A stretch of 64,000 bases of DNA from an uncultured Verrucomicrobiota bacterium (lineage in GTDB: Bacteria; Verrucomicrobiota; Verrucomicrobiia; Verrucomicrobiales; V1-33): NCBI GenBank assembly GCA_942492905.1, contig OW818657.1:6157511-6221510 (forward strand), read 5' to 3'. Made by a program: the position numbers and the translations under genes. Below the pieces are notes generated by a model, which worked only from the letters and a program-made list of their open reading frames with translations, made no database searches and had not been told where the DNA came from. Of this stretch, positions 20,615 to 32,865 are shown in pieces (within the stretch, counting starts at the first letter, position 1; every line of letters starts with the position of its first letter).

Positions 20615-20767
20615 ATGAAATCACCTTCCCACCAGACACACGAACACACCAAGGAGGGAGCCGTCTCCCCTCCGGTCCGCTGGATAACTCCCAGCGAAGG
20701 CACCGACCACGCCTCCCGCCGCAGGATGCCCTCATTTGCCATCATAGAAGGGAGGCAGCGCTTATGA
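20615..20767 (+). CDS. Possible small ORF coupled to the helicase gene
   Basis: 50 aa; stop overlaps the next ATG (ATGA). Confidence 0.3.
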   Translation: MKSPSHQTHEHTKEGAVSPPVRWITPSEGTDHASRRRMPSFAIIEGRQRL

Positions 20768-22179
20768 GTAGCCGCCTTCATCCTGCTGATCAGGAACACC
20801 CCGTTGAACGGAACGCCCTCAGTATCGCCCTACTGCATGGGCCGGCTATTCTGACGAGCCACGGTTTGCGGTATTTCCATTTCACGGGACAGCACGCCAC
20901 GCTTTTCCGCATCCTGGAGGTGGCCGCCGGGGAAACTCCCAGCGGCATTCCCGAAATGGTCCGCATTCAAGCCTTGGCATCGAATGAGCAGGATTCCGGT
21001 ATTCCGGCGGGTGAGGTTGGCCAAGCCTTGGCTTGTCTCACGGAGGGAACCGGGGAAGCCCACAATGCCTCATGGTATGCTGGTAAGATCATAGCCGGCT
21101 GGAAGAGGCGAGAAAGCTTGGCGCTCACCATCCGCTTGGAACAAATCCAGAACGGAGACGCGGAAGGCGACATCGGGCAACTCATCGCCAGGCTGGCCGA
21201 ATTGGCGCGCGACAGCTCCCCGGACCTCACCACAATCAATCTGGCAAACATCCGAGGATGTATGCTGACCGGGGAGCAACTCATGGCCCTGCACGTGCCC
21301 CAGCGCCCCCGCCTGCTGGACGATTGGCTTTGCCGTGGCGACCTGGGATTCATCTTCGCCCCCCGTGGCGTAGGTAAGACGTGGATTTCCATGGCACTCC
21401 CGCACGCCATCAGCGCCGGGGCACCCCTTGGGTTATGGTCCGCAGGGGAAGAGCGCTCCAGCGTGCTCTATCTTGACGGGGAAATGCCGCTCGAACTCAG
21501 CAAAGCCCGGCACACAGGACTGACGCTGGAAGGCGGGAACGTGGCCTATCTCCATCATGACGTGCTTTTTGAAAAACTCGGTCACACCCTTAACATTGCA
21601 GAGCCGGGCCACCAAGAGGCCATTACAGCATTACTCCTCAAGGAAGAACGGAACTTTCTGGTTCTGGACAACTTGAGCTGTCTGGCCTCCGGCGTGGATG
21701 AAAACAAAGGCCTCGCCTACGAACCGATTGCGGCCTGGTTGCTCGAACTCCGACGCCGGAAAATCACCACCATCATGGTCCACCATGCCGGCCGGGAAGG
21801 CTTCATGCGGGGCCACAGCAAGCGGGAGGATGCCGCCTCCTGGATCATCGAACTGCGGGACGCCAAGGACGAGGGGCAGCCGGGAGCGCGTTTTGTGAGT
21901 CATTTTGCCAAGCCTAGCCGGAACACCGGGCAGCACATGCCGGACCTGCTTTGGCACTTCACCACGGACGAAGCGGACGGCCGCACGGCCATCCATTGCG
22001 AACCCGCCGAGGAAAGTGAATACGAAGCCATGCTTCGCCATATCGCCGACGGCGTGGAAACTGTCACCGATCTTGCCGAAATAATGGGTAAAGGAAAAGG
22101 CACCATCAGCAAATGGGTGAAAAGGGGCGAAGCTACCGGCCGGCTCAAAAGGAGCGGAAACCGCATCCTCCCCGCCTGA
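20764..22179 (+). CDS. Replication protein: DnaB_N-like region + AAA_25/RecA-like helicase + C-terminal wHTH
   Basis: Walker A APRGVGKT, VLYLDGEM, Walker B LVLDNLS, HHAG...RGHS; C-terminal DLAEIMGKGKGTISKWVKR. Confidence 0.85.
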   Translation: MSSRLHPADQEHPVERNALSIALLHGPAILTSHGLRYFHFTGQHATLFRILEVAAGETPSGIPEMVRIQALASNEQDSGIPAGEVGQALACLTEGTGEAHNASWYAGKIIAGWKRRESLALTIRLEQIQNGDAEGDIGQLIARLAELARDSSPDLTTINLANIRGCMLTGEQLMALHVPQRPRLLDDWLCRGDLGFIFAPRGVGKTWISMALPHAISAGAPLGLWSAGEERSSVLYLDGEMPLELSKARHTGLTLEGGNVAYLHHDVLFEKLGHTLNIAEPGHQEAITALLLKEERNFLVLDNLSCLASGVDENKGLAYEPIAAWLLELRRRKITTIMVHHAGREGFMRGHSKREDAASWIIELRDAKDEGQPGARFVSHFAKPSRNTGQHMPDLLWHFTTDEADGRTAIHCEPAEESEYEAMLRHIADGVETVTDLAEIMGKGKGTISKWVKRGEATGRLKRSGNRILPA

Positions 22180-22189
22180 CTCAGAAGCA

Positions 22190-22303
22190 GTTTCCAAGTT
22201 TCCGGGCATATGGATGGAAACATGGAAACCCGTGCGAGCGGCGGAAACCGCAACTGGAAACCGTCTGGAAATAGTCTCGCATCCGTGGAAACTGAGTGGA
22301 AAC
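22190..22303. repeat. GGAAAC iteron array, putative replication origin
   Basis: GTTTCC at 22190 and 22198; GGAAAC at 22216, 22224, 22243, 22256, 22287, 22298; GGAAAT at 22267; AT-rich tract ~22350-22380. Confidence 0.7.
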
Positions 22304-22735
22304 TATGCGGAATCGGCCCGATATTTGAGGGATTCGAGGAATTCAGGCCAAGTTTTCAGTAATCTAGAAAAATCACAAACTGGCCGCTCCTGAACTGTAG
22401 CGAGCCCACTTGGTAAAGCGCTGGTTGAAGCAGCAGCCAGCCTTGGGCACCCCTCTCCTGATTGCCCATTCGCTGGCTCCCACCCGGATCAGGTGCTTGG
22501 TCTAGATCTGCAATGGAGGCAATCGATGTCCCGGTCGGTGCGCTGCCAGCCGCGCTGGCGGAGCGTTCCGTCAGCCCATTCACAGCTGAAACCGGCACGG
22601 GATGCGGTCACTCCCCGTGTGCCCCCCACTTAGGTTCCTTTGAAAGGCGGCATCAGCCGGATACCAAGCCCGGCCTTCTGAAAATTTGACTTACGGAACA
22701 ATCTGTGAAGCTGTTCTTCCAACGTCCAATCTCCC

Positions 22736-23236
22736 ATGACCACGTACCCATCTTCTACCGCCCTCCGCCGTTTGCTCGGCTGGACGATGATGCTGGCATA
22801 CCTGGCGGGAATTCAAGGTTGGGCGCCGATGGCATTTGGTGCCGTCGCAGCGTTGCAGCATGGGCATGAGGTCAGTCTGTCGCAGGAAAACGGCGACTGG
22901 CACCTTGTGTTGAGCCACCTGGATCATGAGGATTGCGATGCTGAAGAGGCCCCGCACGCGGAAGATCATCATGGCGCCGAACTCGCGGCTGCGGAAGATC
23001 ACCATCACGGCCCGGCCCACGTTTTTTGCTTCGCTTCTGAAAATTCCAATGCCTTGGGGGCTGCGGGACTCTCCGCGCCCAAGGTCAATTTTGAGGCGGG
23101 GTTGGTTGAAAAATGCGCACGTCCCGAATTCCGCATCTACCCGGTGCCGGTGTATCTGGATGGCGTGGCGGCACGCCCGCCGCCGGGCAAACCGGCGTGG
23201 CTGGTGTGTCTGAGGACAACCGTGCTCATCGTTTGA
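22736..23236 (+). CDS. His-rich exported protein preceding czcC (CzcI/DUF2946-like position)
   Basis: N-terminal TM; HLDHEDC...HAEDHHG...DHHHGPAH; ends LRTTVLIV. Confidence 0.7.
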   Translation: MTTYPSSTALRRLLGWTMMLAYLAGIQGWAPMAFGAVAALQHGHEVSLSQENGDWHLVLSHLDHEDCDAEEAPHAEDHHGAELAAAEDHHHGPAHVFCFASENSNALGAAGLSAPKVNFEAGLVEKCARPEFRIYPVPVYLDGVAARPPPGKPAWLVCLRTTVLIV

Positions 23237-23251
23237 GATAAAAGCCTGACC

Positions 23252-23299
23252 AACCCGTGATTCGCTCCCCCGTGGAGCCGCTTCGCGGGTTTTTCGTTT
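23252..23299 (+). terminator. Terminator-like hairpin between the His-rich ORF and czcC
   Basis: AACCCGTGA/TCGCGGGTT outer stem, GCTCC/GGAGC inner stem, then TTTTCGTTT. Confidence 0.5.
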
Positions 23300-23390
23300 G
23301 TGCGCGGCCCGCTGGCCGTGCGTTCCGGGCTGCGCTCTGCCCGCTTTGACCTCAACGCGCATCATTCTTTTTCCCAAAATCATTCCGCTC

Positions 23391-24728
23391 ATGAATCCCT
23401 TTCCAATAACCATAAGCTGCCGCGCTCCCCGCGTGGTGGCGATGGTGTTTTCCCTGTTGGCCTCCCCCGCTTTCGCGGACGTGGAGCCTCTCTACAAACT
23501 TCCCGCAGCTCCGAACCCATCCGGCACGGTGAGCCTGCGGCAGGCCATCGGTTTGGCCCTCTCCAATCATCCCTCCTTGGCCACGTTCACCCTGGACGTG
23601 CGGGTGGCCGAAGCCCGGATGATCCAAGCCGGGCTGAAACCCAATCCCCAACTCAATTTCACCTCGGAGAACCTCCCCGGCTCCGGTCCCTACAAGGACG
23701 GGGAACTGATGGAGAACACACTTCAATTGAGCCAACTCGTGGAGCTGGGCGGCAAACGTGATGCCCGCCTGCGTGAAGCTGAAGCCGGGCGCAGCGTGGC
23801 GGAGTGGGCCTGGCAGGTGCGGCGCATTGAGGTGCTGCGTGATACCGCACAGGCCTTCGTGGCGGTGCTGGCTTCCCAAAAGCAGGTGCAGCTCGCCGAA
23901 GAAACTGCCGGTCTGGCGGCAAAGGTTACTCCGATGACGCAAAAGCGGGTGGAGGCGGGTAAAGCCAACGCCGTGGAAGTCACCCGCAGCAATGTGGCGG
24001 TGGCATCCGCCAAGATTGAATTGGAGCAGGCCAAGCGCTCGTTGGCGTCGGCCCGCACCAATTTGGCGGCGCTCTGGGGGGCGCGGACGGCCAACTTTGA
24101 TAGTGTCACCGGCGACTTTGGCTCGGTGAAAACCATTCCGGTCTTTTCCACTCTGGTGGCGCAAATCAAGAGCCACCCTGAAATCACACGCTGGTCGGCG
24201 GAGCGCGCCCAACGCGAGGCTGTGCTGGCGCGGGAGTATACTCTGGCTAAAGCGGATGTCACCGTCTTCGGTGGGCCGCGCACTTTGGGGAAAGCGGAGG
24301 AAATCACCTTCACGCTGGGTTTTTCCATTCCGCTGCCGTTCAGGAACCGCAATCAGGGAGCCATCGCGGCAGCGGAGGTGGAAATCGCCAAAACCGACAC
24401 GGAGCGGCTGACTTCGGAGATGAGTGTCTTCACGCAGCTCAGCGCTGCCTATCAAGTATTGCAGCGGGCCGCGAATGAAGTCGAAATCCTGAACAAGGAC
24501 GTGCTACCCGGCGCAGCGGAAGCCGAAAAAGCGGTGACGGAAGGTTATGAAGCCGGCCGCTTCACCCAGCTCGAAATCCTCGATGCCCGCCGCACCCTGA
24601 TTCAAGCCCGCCACCAGCAACTCCGCGCCCTGTCCGATTATCATCAGGCCGTGGCTGAAATCGAAGCCCTCACCGCAGGTCCGGTCAATTTGTCAGCAGC
24701 CGGTGCCGCCTCCCCCTCTTCCAAGTAA
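23391..24728 (+). CDS. czcC: TolC-family outer membrane factor of heavy-metal RND efflux
   Basis: Signal peptide, QAGLKPNPQL, LSQLVELGGKRDAR, GYEAGRFTQLEILDARR. Confidence 0.9.
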   Translation: MNPFPITISCRAPRVVAMVFSLLASPAFADVEPLYKLPAAPNPSGTVSLRQAIGLALSNHPSLATFTLDVRVAEARMIQAGLKPNPQLNFTSENLPGSGPYKDGELMENTLQLSQLVELGGKRDARLREAEAGRSVAEWAWQVRRIEVLRDTAQAFVAVLASQKQVQLAEETAGLAAKVTPMTQKRVEAGKANAVEVTRSNVAVASAKIELEQAKRSLASARTNLAALWGARTANFDSVTGDFGSVKTIPVFSTLVAQIKSHPEITRWSAERAQREAVLAREYTLAKADVTVFGGPRTLGKAEEITFTLGFSIPLPFRNRNQGAIAAAEVEIAKTDTERLTSEMSVFTQLSAAYQVLQRAANEVEILNKDVLPGAAEAEKAVTEGYEAGRFTQLEILDARRTLIQARHQQLRALSDYHQAVAEIEALTAGPVNLSAAGAASPSSK

Positions 24729-24749
24729 CTACTTTTCCAAAATTTATCC

Positions 24750-26030
24750 ATGAACTTTAAAGCGATCATCAACGCAGGCATTATCGCCCTGCTTCTCATC
24801 GGCGGCGCACTGGCCGCCAAGCGAATCCTCGGCCTCGAATTCAACAGCCACGACCACGCGGATGGCCACGGCGCGGCTCCCGCGGCCGACGATCCCAGTA
24901 AGCGGCGCGGGCCGCATGGCGGGCGCTTTTTTGGCGAACCTGACTTCGAGTGCGAAGTGCAGATTTACGAGCCGGAAGGCGTCACCCCGGAGTTCCACGT
25001 TTACTTCTACAAGGACGGGAAGCCCTATGATCCCAAGGATGTGAAGACCGTGATCAAGCTGGAGCGGATCAACCGCACCGACACCATCAACTTCAAGCCG
25101 GAGGCGGATTACCTGATCGGCGACGGTCCCGTGGTGGAGCCGCATTCCTTCCACGCTTTCGTGACGGTGCAGCACGCCGGGAAAACCTATGATTGGAAAT
25201 TCGATTCGATCGAAGGCCGTGCCGAAATGCCGGAAGAAATCCTCGCCCGGGCGGGTGTGGAAATGATCAAGGCCGGTCCAGCAAAAATCCGCCAGAGTGT
25301 GAATCTGCGGGGGCGCGTGCGGGTGAATGAACAAACCCGCACCAGCATCATGCCGCGTTTTGATGGGCTGGTGAAGGAGATCAACAAGGAGCTGGGGGAC
25401 AGCGTTCAAAAAGGTGATGTGCTGGCCACCGTCGAAAGCAACGACAGCCTCCAGCCTTACCCGGTGAGGGCGGAAATCGCCGGCACGGTCATCGAGCGCG
25501 AAGTGAAGCTGGGAGAATTTGTCAGCAATCAGCGCCCCATGTTCGTCATTGCCGATCTGGGAAATGTCTGGGTGGACTTCATCGTTCACCGCAAGGACTT
25601 CCCGTTGCTGAAGCCTGACCAGTCCGTGACCATCAACCCCGGCGAAGGCATGGAGCCCATCGACGCCAAGCTGAGCTATCTCTCACCGTTCAGCGCGGAG
25701 GGGTCGCAAACCATGCTGGCCCGCGCCGTGGTGCCCAATGCCAAAGGTGATTTGCGCCCCGGCCTGTTTGTCTCGGGTGATGTGGTTTATGAGGAAGCCG
25801 ATGTGCCGGTGGCCGTGAAGGCCAGCGCCCTGCAAAACTTCCGCGACTGGGACGTGGTTTTTGTCCGGGTCGGCAATCTGTTTGAAGCCATGCCCTTCGA
25901 GATCGGCAGGCGGGATGCCGAGTGGATCGAGGTGAAGGAGGGCATCCCCGCCGGGATTTCCTACGCTGCCGAAAACAGCTTCATCATCAAAGCGGATGTA
26001 ATGAAAGGCGGAGCCACCCACGACCACTAA
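24750..26030 (+). CDS. czcB: RND periplasmic adaptor subunit
   Basis: His-containing N-terminal extension, GPHGGR, VIADLGNVWV, LRPGLFV, C-terminal HDH. Confidence 0.9.
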   Translation: MNFKAIINAGIIALLLIGGALAAKRILGLEFNSHDHADGHGAAPAADDPSKRRGPHGGRFFGEPDFECEVQIYEPEGVTPEFHVYFYKDGKPYDPKDVKTVIKLERINRTDTINFKPEADYLIGDGPVVEPHSFHAFVTVQHAGKTYDWKFDSIEGRAEMPEEILARAGVEMIKAGPAKIRQSVNLRGRVRVNEQTRTSIMPRFDGLVKEINKELGDSVQKGDVLATVESNDSLQPYPVRAEIAGTVIEREVKLGEFVSNQRPMFVIADLGNVWVDFIVHRKDFPLLKPDQSVTINPGEGMEPIDAKLSYLSPFSAEGSQTMLARAVVPNAKGDLRPGLFVSGDVVYEEADVPVAVKASALQNFRDWDVVFVRVGNLFEAMPFEIGRRDAEWIEVKEGIPAGISYAAENSFIIKADVMKGGATHDH

Positions 26031-29225
<3,195 letters not shown>

Positions 29226-29238
29226 TCCCCCAAATCCC

Positions 29239-30522
29239 ATGCATATCCTGCGCCACGATTCACCCCGTTTCCGCTCCCAACTGAAAAGCCTGAACCGGTC
29301 GGCAGAGGCCGCGCCGGAGGTGGCGGATACGGTCAGCAACATCATTGCCGAAGTGCGCCGCCGCGGGGATGCCGCCGTGCTGGAATACACTGCGAAATTC
29401 GGAGGCCCCGCGCTGAAGCCTGCCGGGATGCGGGTGACGGCAGCGGAATTTCAGGAGGCGGATAAGGCTACCAGTGACGAAGTAAAAGCCGCGCTCCATC
29501 TCGCCCATAAAAATGTGCGGGACTTTGCCCGGCGCGGGCTGCGGAAGGACTGGCACATGAAAAACCGTCAGGGGGTCCGGGTGGGTGAGTCGTTTCACCC
29601 CTTCGGGCGCGTCGGCATCTACGTGCCCGGAGGGAATGCGCCGTTGGTTTCCACCGCCATCATGACCGTGACCCTGGCAGCCACCGCAGGGGTGCCGGAA
29701 ATCGTGGTGGCGACCCCCGCGGATGCCGCAGGCAAAGTGCATCCGCCGTTGCTCCACGCGCTCCAGCTCGCCGGGGCGACAGAGGTTTACAGGATCGGTG
29801 GAGCGCAGGCCATTGCGGCTCTGGCCTACGGCACCAAAACCATTGCGCCGGTGGTCAAAATCTTCGGCCCCGGCAATGCCTATGTCGTTGAAGCCAAACG
29901 TCAGGTTTTCGGAGCGGTTGCCATCGACCTCCTGCCCGGGCCGAGTGAAATCATGGTCATCGCCGATCAGACCGCTGATCCGGCCTGCCTCGCGGCTGAC
30001 TTGCTGGCGCAAGCCGAACACGGTCACGGCAGCGTGGTCTTTGTGACGGATTCGGGAACTATCCTGATCGAAATTCAGGCTGAACTTAAACAACAAATGG
30101 CTGAGGCCCTGCGCGGGGAACATCTGGCCCATGTCGTTGGCGATGGTTTGTTCCTGGTGCTGGTCGCGCAGCTTGGCGATGCGGTGGCCATCGCCAATGA
30201 TTTCGCGCCGGAGCATGTTGCCATTGTCGCGGAAAACGAGGATGAACTGGCCAGCGGCATCCGCACTGCCGGAGCCATTTTTCTGGGGCACTGGTCCCCA
30301 GTGGCAGGCGGTGATTTCGTCGCCGGTCCCAGCCATGAGCTTCCTACCGGCGGCTCCGGAAAGTCTTTTTCCGGGCTGACCGTGGATCAATTCCAGCGCC
30401 GCACCAGCACGGTCCGCTTCAGCCGGAAATCTCTCGGGAAATCCCTTGATGCAATCCAAACCATCAGCGCCGTCGAAGGGCTGGACCGCCACGGAGTTTC
30501 CGCAGCCATCCGCATCAACTAG
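29239..30522 (+). CDS. hisD: Histidinol dehydrogenase (island-borne)
   Basis: VGIYVPGG, IFGPGNAYV, PGPSEIMVIAD, DLLAQAEH, APEH, GDFVAGPSHELPTGG. Confidence 0.93.
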   Translation: MHILRHDSPRFRSQLKSLNRSAEAAPEVADTVSNIIAEVRRRGDAAVLEYTAKFGGPALKPAGMRVTAAEFQEADKATSDEVKAALHLAHKNVRDFARRGLRKDWHMKNRQGVRVGESFHPFGRVGIYVPGGNAPLVSTAIMTVTLAATAGVPEIVVATPADAAGKVHPPLLHALQLAGATEVYRIGGAQAIAALAYGTKTIAPVVKIFGPGNAYVVEAKRQVFGAVAIDLLPGPSEIMVIADQTADPACLAADLLAQAEHGHGSVVFVTDSGTILIEIQAELKQQMAEALRGEHLAHVVGDGLFLVLVAQLGDAVAIANDFAPEHVAIVAENEDELASGIRTAGAIFLGHWSPVAGGDFVAGPSHELPTGGSGKSFSGLTVDQFQRRTSTVRFSRKSLGKSLDAIQTISAVEGLDRHGVSAAIRIN

Positions 30523-30594
30523 CAAATACCTCCGGATTCTGCTTATTTCAAAAGCTTCAACGCGCCGCCTTTTTTATTCCCCCACTTTTTCCTG

Positions 30595-31818
30595 ATGAAC
30601 CCCGCAACCCATCCCTCCCTCTGGAAGCACCGCATCTTCCAACAGCTTTTTTGGGCACATGCGCTCAGCCTCACCGGCAGCGGGCTGACTTCGCTCGCTT
30701 TGGGCTTGCTGGCCCATGAGCTGGTCGGGGCATCCGCCTCCACCGTGCTGGGCTTCACGCTGATGATCCGCATCATCGTTATTGTGCTTTGCTCTCCCTG
30801 GGCTGGAAAACTCGCAGACCGTTTTGGAGCCCGGCAGGTCATGGTGTTCTCCGACATCCTGCGTGTGGTGGTGATGGTGGGGTTCTTCTTCGCCGATTCC
30901 GTCTGGCAAATCTACGCCTTGGCGGTTCTGCTGAATTTCGGGTCGGCTATCTTCACTCCGATTTACCGGGCAGTCATTCCGGGGGTGGTAACAAAAGAGC
31001 AGTATCCGAAAGCGCTGGCGGTCGGGTCCATCGCCTATGACACGGCAAATATTCTTGGCCCATCGCTGGCCGCGCTTGTCATCTCCCTTATCGGATTCCG
31101 GGGCAACTTCATCGCGGATGGCCTGACATTTTTAGGCAGTGCGGCCTTGCTGATCGGCCTGCCCCGTCTGGCCAGTGAAGTGGCAGGACAGGCAAAAAAA
31201 GCGCCCACTTCCGTGCGGCATGGGTTGACCGCAATGATCCGCCGCGCCCCGCTGCTCCAGTCTGTTCTGCTCGCCCTGCAAACCAGTATCGGCGGGGCTT
31301 TTGTCATCGTGGCGACCATCGATTTCGTGAAAAACGATCTCCGCCTCAGTGACTCCGCCTATGCCTGGGTGATGGCCGCATTCGGGATTGGCTCTGTGGC
31401 CGGGGCCATGATCTACGCCAGATGTTCGGTGCGCGTCAGGAATGGTTTGGTTACCGCTTCCGCGCCGGTCATGTTGGCGGGATTGATTGCCGTCGCTGTC
31501 TGGCCGCAATACGCCGCTTTGTGCTTGGCCTGGTGGTTCATCGGTGCGGGCTACAGCACCCTCGGCATCCGCGGCAGCGAATTGCTCGCCGCCAACAGTT
31601 CCGGGGAGGAACGGGCCCACATTTACGCCGCCCACTTCGCCCTGAGCCATGCTGGCTGGGGACTGACCTACCCCTTGGCCGGTTGGCTTACCTCAAACCA
31701 GGGCTTTGTGCCTACAGCCTGGATCTTCGCCGGGATTCTCCTGGTGATTTCATTGGGAGTTTGGAACCGCCAAAACAAGGTGAATCACGAAACTCCTCCG
31801 GCTCCGGACAAATCATAG
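30595..31818 (+). CDS. nreB: MFS transporter, NreB/NrsD-like nickel exporter
   Basis: LALGLLAHELVG..LG..L.I, AAHFALSHAGWGLTYPLAGWL match the NreB family; ~12 TMs. Confidence 0.75.
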   Translation: MNPATHPSLWKHRIFQQLFWAHALSLTGSGLTSLALGLLAHELVGASASTVLGFTLMIRIIVIVLCSPWAGKLADRFGARQVMVFSDILRVVVMVGFFFADSVWQIYALAVLLNFGSAIFTPIYRAVIPGVVTKEQYPKALAVGSIAYDTANILGPSLAALVISLIGFRGNFIADGLTFLGSAALLIGLPRLASEVAGQAKKAPTSVRHGLTAMIRRAPLLQSVLLALQTSIGGAFVIVATIDFVKNDLRLSDSAYAWVMAAFGIGSVAGAMIYARCSVRVRNGLVTASAPVMLAGLIAVAVWPQYAALCLAWWFIGAGYSTLGIRGSELLAANSSGEERAHIYAAHFALSHAGWGLTYPLAGWLTSNQGFVPTAWIFAGILLVISLGVWNRQNKVNHETPPAPDKS

Positions 31819-31879
31819 CCCCATCAACAATCCGAGGGGTGGTTTAAAAGACCGGAGCTCGGGAATATGCCCCGGAGAT

Positions 31880-32800
31880 TTATTTAGCAGGGGGCACTTT
31901 GCCCTGAGCTTCCAAGGTTGCTTTTAGGCTCGCGGCCAGCTGGGAGGCGGGGCCTTTCCCCCAGTAATGCAGGAAGAGATAGCGGGGCTGCTCATGGGTC
32001 ATGTGATGGTGAATGGCCACGATGTTGATGCCTTCTTTCCGCAGTGTTTTCAGCACTGGCTGGAGTTCGTCTTCCAGCACGCAGAAATCGCCACAGACCA
32101 CAGCATTGTCGTCGGTGCCGGCAAAGGCGGCCCAGGTGTTGACGCCCATTTCCTTGGCCATGTCGCACCCGCAGGGCATCTTTGCCGTGCGCCCGAACAC
32201 GGCTTTATACATGCCGTCCTTCACCTGTCCCTTCGCGCCCAGCATCTGATCGAGCGGGGCGGCGGTGATGGCGTTGCCGGTGGGGGCGAAGGCTTTGCCG
32301 AAAACCCGCTGCGGCTGCGGCTGGCCGGCGCGGACCGACTTCACCGCATCCAGGGCGGCCCGGACGGCCGTGGCCAGCTTCACGGTCCCGCCTTCTCCTC
32401 CGATGTGCATGAAGTAGACCTTGGGATCATCCGCGAAGAAGTGGTTATGCAGCGCGGTGACACTGAGTCCGCCATCAAGCGCGGCGGACATGGCAGCATT
32501 CACCTCGTCCTCGAAGAGCACGAAGTCACCGGCAACCATCACCTCAGCCTTCACTCCAGGGGTGAAGGCGGCCCACGTGGTGAGGCCCATGAAGGGCGGC
32601 ATGGTCCAGCCATCCACGGCGATTTTGACATCCGTGCGCGGGCTGGTGATTTTGAACACGGCCTCGGCTTCGTTCACGGTGCCTTTCAAGCCGGTGAGGG
32701 ATTCGATTTGAGCGCTATCCAAGGCGGAGGAAGCCACGGACGCACTGAGGGCGAAGACGACGGCAGCAACAATTTGGCGGATCATAAGGTGGGCATTCAA
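31880..32800 (-). CDS. DUF1259 (LppY/LpqO-like) tandem-domain exported protein
   Basis: Two repeats: GDFVLFEDEVN...VTALHNHF...YFMHI and GDFCVLEDELQ...IVAIHHHM...LFLHY. Confidence 0.85.
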   Translation of the reverse strand: MNAHLMIRQIVAAVVFALSASVASSALDSAQIESLTGLKGTVNEAEAVFKITSPRTDVKIAVDGWTMPPFMGLTTWAAFTPGVKAEVMVAGDFVLFEDEVNAAMSAALDGGLSVTALHNHFFADDPKVYFMHIGGEGGTVKLATAVRAALDAVKSVRAGQPQPQRVFGKAFAPTGNAITAAPLDQMLGAKGQVKDGMYKAVFGRTAKMPCGCDMAKEMGVNTWAAFAGTDDNAVVCGDFCVLEDELQPVLKTLRKEGINIVAIHHHMTHEQPRYLFLHYWGKGPASQLAASLKATLEAQGKVPPAK

Positions 32801-32865
32801 CCTTCTGGAAGCAGGGGCTGCAAGATTTAATTGAAATACCTGTTTCCCGTGACTACAGGAATGGA

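Noticed and set aside
22190-22303. CRISPR array
   Set aside because: Repeats are only 6 bp with irregular spacing; no cas genes in the window.
22310-22735. NiCo riboswitch or IS ends at the cargo's left boundary
   Set aside because: No recognisable four-way-junction consensus, terminal inverted repeats or target duplication by eye; an Infernal scan would be decisive.
22914-23299. Classical His-codon ribosome-stalling attenuator
   Set aside because: The His codons lie more than 200 nt upstream of the hairpin in a 166-aa exported ORF, and no antiterminator was evident.
29239-30522. HpsN (sulfopropanediol dehydrogenase) instead of HisD
   Set aside because: It has HisD-type GPSE and GDF..GPSH.LPTGG rather than HpsN-type GPTD and GDK; no sulfonate genes nearby.
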